DNA of 64,000 nt, from positions 744,001-808,000 of the forward strand of contig NW_027117341.1 of the NCBI RefSeq assembly GCF_038025025.1. The letters run 5' to 3'. Both the position numbers and the translations under genes were made by a program. The notes under the pieces are model-generated. The model did no database searches. It worked only from the letters and a program-made list of their open reading frames with translations, and was not told the origin of the DNA. This stretch comes from Phyllosticta citribraziliensis. Taxonomy: Eukaryota. Shown piece by piece: positions 1-12,300 of the stretch; the first letter of the stretch is position 1; each line of letters opens with the position of its first letter.

Positions 1-822
1 AGTCGAGTCGAGTCTAGTCGAGCCGCGTCCATCTCTCTCCTCATGAAACACGCTCTTTCGACCGCTCGCTCTCGCCACACGACACAGTACAACACTGCGC
101 TACCGCCATCGCAATCCTCGCCTCCTCCTCTTACTCAATCTCTCTCGCACCGCCACAGACCGCGCGACCCGGCCGGCAGGTCGATTCATGCCTGCACTGC
201 ACTGGCTGGAGCAGTCAACGCCCGCGGGACACCTGATCGCCAGCCAGCCAAACCTACGTCTCGGCGCGGCGATACCTACCCTACCTCCTGCGGTTTCGGC
301 AGACGCGCAAGCAGGCAAGCAAGAAAGCAAGCAAACGACCAGGCCCAGCGCAGTGAAGCGGCGCGTTCAAACTCTGCGACAACGAGACAACTTCGGTTCA
401 GCTGGGTACAAGTCCGCGCAGTGCACCAGTTGAGTCACTATCGCGGACGAGCGTGGGGAGGCTGACTGCCACTGCTGCTGTTGGACTGAAGAACGGTGCA
501 AAGGGCATCCCTGCAAAAACTTTTAAACTTTCCCCGGTCTGTCTGTTTGTCGCGCTATGCGGCGGAGGGCGCACGCAAAAAGACAATCCTGAAACACCGC
601 AGCGAGCGAGCGGTACCCCAGCTGCCTGGGAAATTGGGCAAGAGGCTACGCGGCTCTGAGCTGAGCGATTGGGCACCGAGGTCTCTTTTTTTTCGTTTGA
701 TTGCGCGTTTTGCTGTTTGGTTGGTTGATTTGATTGCGAATTTTCCTTTTATCCCTGGCTTTTGGGTTTGGGTTGGCGTTGGCTCGGCTATTTTTGTTAT
801 CTTTGCTGATGATGTTGTTGCT

Positions 823-850
823 GGAGCTGGAGTTGGAGTTGGAGTTGGAG
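823..850. repeat. (GGAGTT)n hexanucleotide microsatellite
   Basis: ggagct ggagtt ggagtt ggagtt ggag read directly from the sequence. Confidence 0.8.
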
Positions 851-3800
851 TCGTTTGCTGGACTTTGTTTGTTGGTGCCTGACCGTCGATCAGTCACTCT
901 TGGAACGAACGACTACACGGCGGCTTTGCACGCGGCGCGTCTCGTGACTCGAGTGATCGCTGTGCTTTCACCGCTGCTGTGCATTCATGGCGATCCACAC
1001 ACACGCCACTCAACGGAACCTGACCGGCAGGTGTTTTGTTGGAGGTGTGGGTGTGTGGAGAATGGAGAAATCGAAAAGTGTGGAGAGCGAGATGCTTGAG
1101 CTCCACTGTGGCTCCACCCCCGACTTGCCTAATCGGCTGGCCAGCAGAGCCCAACAGTGGATGCCTTTTCGCCTCCTCTCCACACCATCAACGCGCACGC
1201 GCAGTCCATCAACCATGAGCGGCGGACAACGAGAAACGTCTTGATGAGCGCGGGGTCTGTGGGTCACGGTCCAGTCAGTCAGTCAGGCAACTCACAATGC
1301 ATCTAAAGACCCCCCTGCGATGCGCCGCAGGACGGATAGATATGCAGCAGACGCCTGACGAGTCCCTCTGGATCACGAGCACGCCACTCGACTGCTTCGC
1401 AGCTGTTATGCAGGGCCGCCTACGAACTTCGGCATATTCCTGCTGCTGAACGGCACTCCAACCAACAAGAGCTTGAGAGACCAGGCCCGCCGCGCCGAGC
1501 CGCGCAGCGCCGCGCTGGGCAGGGCGGTTTTGCTTCAAGGCAGGCTGGTAATCGGCAGGCTGGCAGGCTGGCAGGTGTGGCTCTCGCCGTCGCCACGCCG
1601 CCACGCCCCACTGCGCATACTCCAGCCACGCTGGGCGTCATGTTTCATGTGCTGCAGGAGTGCTGGGCGAAGTGGCTGGTCTCGCCGCGAAGGCGAGCAT
1701 GCGCTTTGCCTGAAGCGAGAGAGCGAACGGCGAGGCGGCGATAGGCCGGATGGGGAGCGAGTGCGAGAGTTGATACGAACACGTAGAAAGGAGCAGAGGT
1801 TGGAAACACACCAGGCCGGCAGTATCAGCAGTGCCATGCGCTTGCCGGAAGCCGGAATTGAGCGGGTGATCGGCGCATCGAGCAGACCCGGAGGAGGAGC
1901 AGCAGCAGATAACAATTCCAGGCACGGTCATCGTCTGTTCTGAGCGCACCTTGCCCCGGAGCGGAGTGCAGATGAAGCTTGAGTTGTGGGGTTCCAGCGA
2001 CGATAACCGGTTGGAGGACGACCTGACTGGTTCGGATGTGGAGAGCTGCTGCCAAAGCGGACGGCCGGACTGAACGGAGCTCCGATATGGCCAAGTGCCA
2101 GGCAAACAGGCCGGCAGGCGATTCGGACTCGGCATGAGGCTGAGCGTTGACCAGCGCTCGAGCAGGCGCGAAAGACATTGCGGGGGTGGAGATCAGATTG
2201 ATCGACTTTGTAAGCGCCCCGCCGTTAAGCTCGCATCTGTCGTGCAGCATGTGAGACGGCTGCTCGGCCTCGCCGATGCGTTTCCCAATCGAGGTGTCGT
2301 GATAGCAAGAGCCGTAGTGTAGCGGAGGTTTCGAGTCAGTCCAGGGAGGCGGTGGCTCACGAGGCGCAGCCGATGAATGGTCGTGTCTCATCGTCTGGCA
2401 AGCAGACACGACGATTGCAGCCCCCCCTTCTCATCCACCATGACAAGATACTGTCTTGTCGTCCGTCTTTCGCTTACAGGCTTCCGCTGCTTCCAGTCTG
2501 CTCGACACCACCGTAGGTGCCTTTGTCCAACCAACCCCTTTTACCCATTAATCACTTCTCTTTTCTCCACGACAAGACTTGACCCAAGTCAAGCAAACGC
2601 ACCGCCAAACCAGACAGATTGCCTGCTTCGTCTTGATCCCCTCTGCTCGCCCATCCCCGTCGCGCATCGGATCGGCCCTCGCGGGCTTGCTCCCCGCGGC
2701 CCAATCCCAGCCCAACCCCTGAATTTTTCTTTCAATTAACCTCACAAGCTTTTCAACGTTGCCCGAGCGAGCAATGTCAGCGGCCCTTTCCGACCAATCA
2801 TTGTACTTCGAGGCCAGCCTCGTCCGCGCCCTGCCGAAACAAGTATCCGACGGCTCCCACCGCCCCTTTTCTCTTCTCATCTTGATAGAGTTTGGCTGTT
2901 GCGGGGCGCTCCTGGCCTTGATACGCGTCCTGCTACGCACTGGCTCTGGTTGTCGCTGCGGCTGTTGCTACGGTGAATCAGCGCTCGCTTGCTAGATTCC
3001 TGGTCGTGGGCGCTGTCTCAGTCCTTTCGTTCAGCTGCTCTTCCTGCTGATGTGCACGTGCCATTCTGGCCTGGTAAGTAAATGGAGCATACAGTGAGTT
3101 CCACGTTGCCCCCGCGTCAACGCAAACGCGTAATCAGCCAAAATGCTACAATGGCGAACAAGAAGGCCCAGCCTTGCCCAGACATTTACGTCGCCGAACA
3201 GGCAGGCTAGTATTTTTAGGATTAGAGTCAAGCTCATTGCAAAGTGGCCGTTGGCTGCGAGCTTGGGGAGATGAGAGTGCGGCTCTGTGCGCGATAGGCG
3301 CATGGATGGGAGCCCTGGTCGCGCGGACCCTTTGCTCAGTGAGCTGGGGGTGCACATCGCGCAGGCATGCCGGCCGCCGAGCTAGAGAGTCCATGTCCGG
3401 TGCTGCAAAACACTTTGCAATCTTTTTGTCGACTCGCTGCTGGGAAGAAATGATAAGTGCTGATGAGGCTGCAGATTTGAAAATGCCACGTACGCAGCAG
3501 CCGTTCAACTTACTTTGCATGGCATGCATGAAATTACAGCCGCTTCATCATCCTGCGCCCCCGATCAGTACGTCTGCTGATCGCCTCTCCAACCACGCAT
3601 ATCGAAGCCACCGCGTCGCCCGGTTGGCCAGGTTTGTGGCGCAAAGATGACTGTCTCCTGCTTGAAAATTCAGCCGCCTTCTCTCGCATTTAGAATTTGT
3701 TCGGCTGGAGAGTTGCTGAAATTTAGCGGACAAAATTCCATACGAACCCGCGAGATGAATGTCTCAAAATTGTCAGTCTGAATGGTCATTGGGCGAACGC

Positions 3801-5498
3801 TGGAAAAGACGGAGTCGAAGGCTGTTCAGAGAGGGATTCTTGGACTGAAACACACAGGAGGTGGTTTGAGGATCATTTGAAATGAATCTTCTCTTCCCTG
3901 GAGATGTCCCCTGGGTCTGCGATTCTTCGTTCAACTCAGAGGTCAGTGTGGAAGAATTGTTGCCTCACTGGCAACAGTCAGAACCAAGAGGCACACAAAA
4001 TCTTGGCGCATTATCCTGAAAAGACCCCAACTGAGAGAAGGGCTGCAATGTTGGCGGAAGTGTTCGAGGCAAGTAGTTCTACATGCCTCTCAGGTAAGTT
4101 ACACCGGACTTGGCGGACGACGTCCCGCTCTGAGCATTCAACTCATTTCCATATTTGGTTAGTGTCAAAGTGAGGTCTCGCAAGCGTGTATTTCGAGCAG
4201 CTCATGCGCTGAGGCTGCTTCATTTCACAAAGCTCTTTCTCCATAGCCTTGCCAGATTGTCTTGTGTCCATAATGGTAGCTGCAAGGTTGACATGTGATC
4301 GCCACACAGCAAGTCAACGGACCGCCTCCAGTGTCAAGTCGAGTCGAACCGGTCGGAAATTCAACTAAACGTAGCACCGCTTTGCGGAGAGCGCGAATCA
4401 ATTGTGCACGATGGCAGAAACTTGGACGCGGTGGGACGTGCTTGATGCTGGGGAACCTGTCCTACGGTTGCAGCCGTCAAGGCGTCCCTGCATTTGCAGA
4501 GCAAACACAAATTATTTCCTTCATTCAACAGTTTGCCATCCCATTGTCCATTTGGCCACAGCGTAGATGGATGATAACAGAGTGTGACCAACCAGCGCAG
4601 GTAACCTAGGTGTGAGCAGCAGGTCGCAGAAATCTCCTAGGTCTTCCCAAGCTACAAGTGTTGCTCCAAATCGGAGCGTAGTTCGGGATGGATCTCGGAG
4701 CTTCCTCTACGGATCGCCCTGCAGACGCGAAGAATTCCAGTCTCTGATGAATTTCAATTCCGACAGTCGATCCTCGAGCGAAGAATCTCTCTTCAGCTGA
4801 ATTTTTATTCGTGAAACTTGCCTGTTTTGTCAATGACGAACCATACCACAACCAGTTCCACAAGAAATCTGTCGAGGGAGATCAGTTGATGGTCTTCTGC
4901 GGGTGCACCTCCTGTGTAGCACCTGTCAAAAGTTGTTTGCGAACGAACCATCCCTTGTCGCCCTTGTGTGACACACACTGCGGGGCCAGGCTCGAAGAGG
5001 CATGGCACCATAGTGTGTATAAGTAGCAAAGAGCATTTCCAAATACCTTGATGTGCATCCCGGTTTTTCAAAGGGGCGTCAAGTAAGCCGAAGATTGCCG
5101 CAAGGACGGCGAAGAATTGCTCATTCCCTTGTCATGAAGCCTGGCGCCTATTGACGCTGAGTTGCAAGTTCGGACATGTTTGGCAGCGGAGCGTCTCGTT
5201 CCGGCGGGTAGTCGCACTTGCACTTACCCGTCTGCTGGATGCGGTTCTCGCGCGCACTGGAAATTCAAATGGTCGCTGACCAGCTCATCCGCTCGACTTT
5301 CGGCCTGATCGGAGAATACAACACGGACGATTGCATTGTTGCAATGTGCTCGAAATGGTAGCAGTCCGCAGCTCATCAAAAAGCGCGTTGGGAGCTGGGC
5401 TGACAAGGCCAGGCTTGACAGAGCATAAAGAGCAATGGGCGCGCCGACCATCCGTGGGCATCATCATCCACCAAACTATTTCCAAGCGAAGACACATT

Positions 5499-6345
5499 AT
5501 GGCCTCGAATCTTCCTCGCGATTCTCGTCTTGCGATATGGCTGAGCGCTTGCCAGAACCGCCCCGGCTTTGATCTTTTAACCACACCGACGCCCTACTCA
5601 GCTTCTTCATTCTCCAAGTCGAGTGACTTTCTGCCACCGTTTCTTGGCCTTCTTCAATGTCGACACGATATCGATGGAGCCATCGCGCAGTTGGAACGAG
5701 CCAAGCGCGTCGTTGATGTGAAGGCGCAGTTGGCCAACATGCGCACGCGCTTCCAGCGCCTAGTGCAGAACACCAGTGCGGACTTTTGGAAAAATGCTGC
5801 AAGGATGGCTATAGCCACCATGCCGTTTGAGGAAATACAGTTCAACCAGAAAGGCAAGTCTCACCAGTTTCCATATGCAGAGGTGCTAACAGGTCGCATA
5901 CAGGCTCACATGGTCCAGAGGAGTCGTCAGAAGAAGACGCGGGCGAGGCTGACGAAGACGACGAGTCATCTGAAAGCGAAGAAGAGGACCCCAAGGAAGC
6001 GTGGACAAGGTCGGTTGCAGCACAAAGCCATCACCGGGATACAGCTAATGCGATGCCAGATTCCAACGCACGCGTCGCATGCACATTTTGCATTACGTCG
6101 TATCTCGACACCGTGTCGGAAGGTTGATCGCCAACGTGAAGGGAAGTGGAAGCATGATCCTCCGACAACAAGTTCAGGCTGGCGCGGCACCTCCAGCATT
6201 AAGAGGTCAAGTCATTGCCGAACTCGAGGCGCTAGCGACAATGGCGAAGACAGAGCTGGTCCAGGAGATGCAGGGAGAGTCGGGAGCGACAGAGGCATAT
6301 CGGGTCGCCATGATTGCCGTTCTTCGAGACGAGCTTCGAAGATGA
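5499..6345 (+). CDS. Hypothetical protein, 3 exons (5499-5853, 5904-6009, 6060-6345), ~248 aa, central acidic tract
   Basis: Intron 1 is GCAAGT...GCTAAC...TACAG (GC-AG) and intron 2 is GTCGGT...GCTAAT...CCAG. Splicing joins three frames into one stop-free ORF: MASNLPRDSRL...QFNQKG-SHGPEESSEEDAGEADEDDESSESEEEDPKEAWTR-FQRTRRMHILHY...LRDELRR*. Confidence 0.6.
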
Positions 6346-9300
6346 TGACAAAGAGGATCCAACGGTGGGCGTTTGGGAGTTGGCTTCCTCCTCTTACTGG
6401 TGAGGATTGACGAATATTCCAGTGCCTCAGGCGAGTTTTCAATCCATGAATGATTTCAGCGATTCGATTTTGGCGCACGTCATGCATACCGTCAGCTTCG
6501 TCAAACCCAGGGCAGGCAAGCTTCCACAGATGACGGGGAAATCGCTGTCGCTTGAACGGCCACTGCTGATGATGGAACGAAACGATGGAGATGAAAAGAT
6601 GTTGGCGGTTGCTGTGCTGACTGCCGTGACACCGTGGTTGGGACGTGGGCCGGAATTTCCCCGCAAAACCCTTCGCCCTTTCCCAATCTGGACCAACGCC
6701 CAAACGTCGACAACACTTCAGTCGCCCAGCAAACCACGAATCTTTTCTGGAAGAGACGTCAGATGCAGACTGCGCATCTCTCGATGCACTACCAACAATT
6801 TCCGGCCTCTGTTCTCGACTTTGTAAGACTGCATCTTCCATTAACTCATCAATGTGAGCGAAGGTGAAGTTTGCCGAGCCTTCAGGATGCGGATTTGCCT
6901 TCCGAATTGTGATCCCATGGCCAAAGATTGCAAAGGAACCCTGAAAGACTCTGAGCTTTGCTCAAAAAGACCACTTGCGAGATACAAACGAAACGTGCAA
7001 GACACGCCAAGGACTGCCGTCCTGAGAAAACTCACTCATCGAATTCACTGACATTTTCAGCTCGCAGAATTGGCTTAAACCTTCGGTCGCAATCCATCAT
7101 TGAGCAGGCTGAGCTAACGTGGTGGTTGTCGCGGCACGTCTTGGACGTTCATAAACCCACAATCGCCGGAGACTGCTCGCTCGAAAATTGTGAAGGCAGA
7201 AACATTTTACCGCCGGAATTTGGCGGTTCATCAAAGCCGAACCAGCATCCGAGTGAGCAGTCCGGGCATCAAGATGTCTTCTGTTGTAAATACACCAGTC
7301 GGAAGATATTGACCAAGTCAACGTGACTGCCACGCCACGCCGCTTCTAACCTCTTATCTTCGAATGCCTCGAGCGCATATGTGGGATGATGGGTCGAGAG
7401 CGAGTCAACGTCTCTCCACAGGGAGGAGCCTCGGTTACTCGAGTCGATAAGCGGACAAATGGGAAGTGTTGCCAAAGATCCAACACAAGCATTCTCGATC
7501 AGACCATCGTGTATGCCACACTTTGGAATCTGGGATCTCAGATCTCATGTTCTCCGGATCATAGGCTGCCGAAAGCCGTCAGTCACAGACACAGACCAAT
7601 GTGATGAAGCACAGACCAGTGGTCTCGAAGGGGGTCGGTGCTCCCACGCCTCCTTTCTGGGCTTTCAAAGCACATCATCCGTCGCCGGAGGCTGGACGGA
7701 TCTCATGTAGCAAGTGATCATCGTAGCAACACTTGCTTGCCCGCTGTCAAGACTGAAACAAAAAGCAAAAGTCAAGATACCCGGATCGATATGCCCAGAG
7801 TTTGCAGGTACCGGTACCCTTGGCCCACTCAGGCAGCGTCGGCGCCACGCGCTACTTGGGGATTGACGATCATTCGAGGCGGGTTCAAGTGGGCACCCGC
7901 TCCAATTTCCCCACACTAAGCCGCGTGCACAGGAAACCGTTGAAAACAGGCTGATCAAGAACCCACTCGCAGGTTCCACCACATACACCCTGACTATCGA
8001 CTGAGAAGAGTAAAAGCACCGCCCAGATCCACTCTCAGGAACCAGCCACCAAGCAGGGATGGGCACTGAAATACGCCCGTAGAGGGTCGCATTCCCAATT
8101 CTCCGAGCTGCATCTACGATGCCTGAGGTGACCCTTTCGAGTCAGATGGGCGTAGTCGTCATCAGCCACGACGTTTCGGTGTGACAATCCCGAAAGATCT
8201 CTCCATGCATATCCAGGAACCATCATTGAGCCCCTACCCGTGGGCTCATCCACGTCTCATACATCTTCCAGCATAGCTCTCCATATCTGAATACGGCGGG
8301 AGCTGCGGGTGAAGTTTTCCGGCGCTCAGGGCAGCAGCATGCTCGACTATCGTGTCGATCACCTGCCAGTGTTGGCGGGGGCCGCATGTGACAGTACCAG
8401 GCCAGACCACATCTCCCATTTCCATGCAAGGTTGCGGCGGCTCTGGCAGCTTGGGATTGCGGGGGGGGTGAGCCAGAGACACGAGCGTGCTGCTCGGAGA
8501 TATCGTAACAGCGCGGCCAGCTGCGCTTGTGCATATGTCTTGGGAAGCGGCACTGACCATGGTGGAGATGAAGCACCTGCGCCGTGAAAGCTGCGCGGCG
8601 GTGGTGATCCTGGAGGGTTCATGGTTACGTTCCTGCGTGAAGCTCGAAATGGATCTGGTCCAGCCGTGATCAACAACGCCGCAGGGAGGGTGGCATGCCA
8701 GTAGGGGTCTTCGTTCTGACCTACCTGGGATAAGAGGGAGGATTGAAACTAGGTGCTTGGCAACTCCCGAGCCGCACACAATGGATCTTATTCCCAGGAT
8801 CGACTGGACTAGCATTTGGTCTGATCCCCTGGTGTTCTCAAGGTGCCCTGCCGTCCAACGCGTTTCGATTTGCGAAGACGCAACGCTTCTACCTCCCACT
8901 CATATCAAGAACGAATCAACCTGCGATGTAGCGAGCAGGAGAGCGCTCCGGGCTCTGTGCCGCACCACTTTTCATGTAGGCATGTATCTTTCAGTTGGGG
9001 GGCACAGCAGTCCGTCCATGGTTCGTGTAGTGCACTGACTGAATGTAGGGGATCAGTGGAGGTGAGAAGCCTGGATGTGTTGGAGCATCAGATGGACCCG
9101 TCTCCCGTGAAGAAGAGCGGGATATGGTCTTGAATCCAGCCTTCGTCCGATCATCAACTGGGCCTGAAACTCGGGAATCGCCGAAGGGCTTGGGAGTGAC
9201 GGTCGACACGATCAGGACGTAAGAGCAGATCTATCCAGGGTGCTTCGCCTCGTCTCGTGGTCAACCAAGAGAACCGTGATGCTCTGTTTTGGAGTCCTCT

Positions 9301-12300
9301 CTTCCTATCAATGGCACTTGGGCCACAAAATCCCTTGTCTTTGATTGCGTGTCTTCTATTAATGACATGGCAGATATCGTCTACTTGTTGTGGAACTCCT
9401 GAATTGCGAATGAATTTGGTTACTACTACGGTGGTTATTGCTGAATCATGATTGGTTGGGTTTTTGAGCCGGTAATATGCGCGAGTGCGAACTGCAAGGT
9501 ATGAAAAATAGAGAAACTGAACATTGATAATAGCAGCTTAGTAGCCTATTACTCAAGGAGGTATTGAACCAAAACTTCGATGTCAGTTGCATGGCGTGAA
9601 TGACATGAACTGCGAGTGGGAGTTTTTTCCAGTTTACCGGATCAACTCAAAGTCTGGACATGGACACAGAAAAAGAGTATCGTCTTGTTTGACTGACTAT
9701 TAAGGAGAAACGTATCTCTGGTGGCTGCAAAGTTGTGTATTCGATAGCGCAATTCACTGATTGTGTAGTTTACTGTTTCACACGTCAAGATCGAGGAAAT
9801 GGGCAGAGTACACACTCTGCGAAGAATGAGGTCAAAGGGGAATTTTTTGAGGACTAACTTGAAGGCCTCCGTAGATACACATAGGCAGGATTTGCTCGTA
9901 CTTCCGTAAACTATTACTCCGTTCCGTGGAAACATTCATCATGCGTTATGTCAGAGTTGGAGAGCACGCAATGGTTTACAGCATCGAAAGAAAGACAAAT
10001 GGTCTAGAGACGCAATGACTGGATCCGAGAATTGACGCTGTAGAACATTAGAGTCTCGGCTGAGGAATCAAGTAGGATACGAATGTCCTCTTGCTCATTC
10101 GCCTCACGTATTGCTCCAACCTTCTAGAATCGGAGACGGATAGCACTCGAGCCTCCGCGGACCCAGAAAGCGAAGCATCCTTCACTCGAGACGAGGACTT
10201 TTGTCTAGCCGCATGACCTTGCGCAGGCGCACACTATCAACAATCACTCTGCGCGTCCACAATCGGCCTTGAAGCATTCATATGCGTTGGATCCATCAGC
10301 TCATCACTGCAGCAAAAGACGTGGTTGAACATGGAAGACGTCAGTATACTTTCTGTTGCAACGTACGGAATAGAGCCGCACTTAAAAGGAATACGGAGTC
10401 TGACAGCGGTGATCAGACTCGCGCGACCCCCACAGAGACGTTGCGTCATAAAGGGGGTCTCTTCCTAATGCGTTCAGACCCCCGACGGACGGAGAGGGGC
10501 GAAACTTGAGGGACGGCGATGGGGTGCTGAGAAGGATAAGCGAGTACGATGACGCAGGGAACAACTTGAGGAAGAGAACCAACGGCGAAAGTGCCTTGTT
10601 TAGAGATGCCAACCGAGTTTCAGTCGAACGGGCGGCGCTGGGGGGCCGCGGACATGATCCGCCCCTACACGTCCTCGACTGGTATCTGCCAACCGCAGCT
10701 GTTAGAGTCAGGGCTAGACTACAGGGTCTTTCCGAGAAGTGTTCCGCGCCGCGCGCCAGTGAGTTCCGTCTCGAGGTAGCTGAGGCGACAGACTGATAGG
10801 TGAACTGTGTCCCTGTATCTGCGGTCTAACCAATTAGCAAAGCGACCAATTCAGGTAACTTAATCTTCCTTACGCAGGCGCTAAGAGGCAACGTCATCGC
10901 TGTCCCCAGCGGCTATCCCGGCTGCTTCTCACAACACCTCCTTACGCCGCAAACGGGCTCGCCATATTTCGGGATTAAGTGCGAATACGAATTGCATCTT
11001 TTTGTCCAATGATGAACCCTTCTCTACACGTCCACGGCTAGGGAGAGATTCTGGTCCCTCGCTGGAGCAATCCAAAGCAGTTTGAAGTGCATGGTTCGTT
11101 CAGGCCTTGTGGTGTCCAACGGCATGCAACAATCGTCTTAAGATACGTGCCCGCTGGCTCCGCTACGGTGCCACAGCGCTGCAGTTGCAACGGCCATGTT
11201 GTCATACCTAACGCAGGCTGAAGTTTGGGACTGCATCGGACATGCACGCGGTTGCGACATCCGAAGACAGAGTTGTCCGGCGGACTTGGCCGAGCTTTCT
11301 GTTGCACGAATGGATCAATCCGAATGCAGTCAAGCACGCAACGAGGCATGGGCTTGAGATTGATTGAGTCGCGGGTCAGGCGACTACGCAGAAGGTTCCA
11401 CAGGGCTCACCTCCAGTCTATCAATGCTCTCGGAGACATCGAAGCGCTGTGGCGGCCTTGCTGACTGCAAATCGGTACCTATCAAACCAACTGCTGGGCT
11501 GAAACAAAGCCGGGGTAGGAGCGGGATCACTGTCTCGCGTGCATGATTTGCGACCTATCTGTCTTTGTGCCCAAATACGTCAGCTTTTCCATGCCTCGAC
11601 CTTGGCGGATGCGCGAGCTCAAACCATTGATTTGGAAGACTACAGAAGTGTGCGCTCCTTCGACTCAATGACTGACCAGGCACCAAGACGTGTCGTGTAG
11701 AAAGAGTGGAGCCGCGGCGAGGCTGACAGCTGTGGCCCAATGTCTTTTGGTTCAGCATGTAGACAGGTCTCATTTCCATCCGGAAGCAATTTGTGGCTTC
11801 AGAAACGACGTCTAGTGCCATCAGTAAGCATGTGCCGAGCTCGACGACTGGAAAAGAGTTGCGCGCCTATGGATGTGACGGGAAAAAAGGATTCGCCAGT
11901 CGTTATGGCGGGACACTGCTCCCCGTTTGACAGGGTTACACAGGAAGATAGCAGGGCCATGGAAACCAGCTGACCAATCAGAGAAGGTGAATTTGCGAAA
12001 GGAAAAAGGCGCGTTGAATTACTTAAGACATCGAACAATTGAATGAATATGAGAAAGGCAGAAATGGTGGATATCAAGAGTTCGATTGGTCTCACCAGCT
12101 TCCAATTACCACGTGTACGTGTAGTGTGACGCATGACGTCTTTTGGTACGCGAAGCCAAAGCCTCACCGTCATTTTGCTCTCGCGGGCAAGGAGTATGGT
12201 TTTCCGGGGGTTTGTCCTTCGCACCTGGTCTTTCATTCTATCTTCAAGCGCAGGTGATATAATTTTGGAGTTTGAGTCAAACTCAGACGTCTCGTGAGCA

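Noticed and set aside
5331..6410. 359-aa ORF as a single-exon gene
   Set aside because: Its 3' half reads as off-frame, Arg-rich sequence; the spliced model with clear branch sites explains the region better
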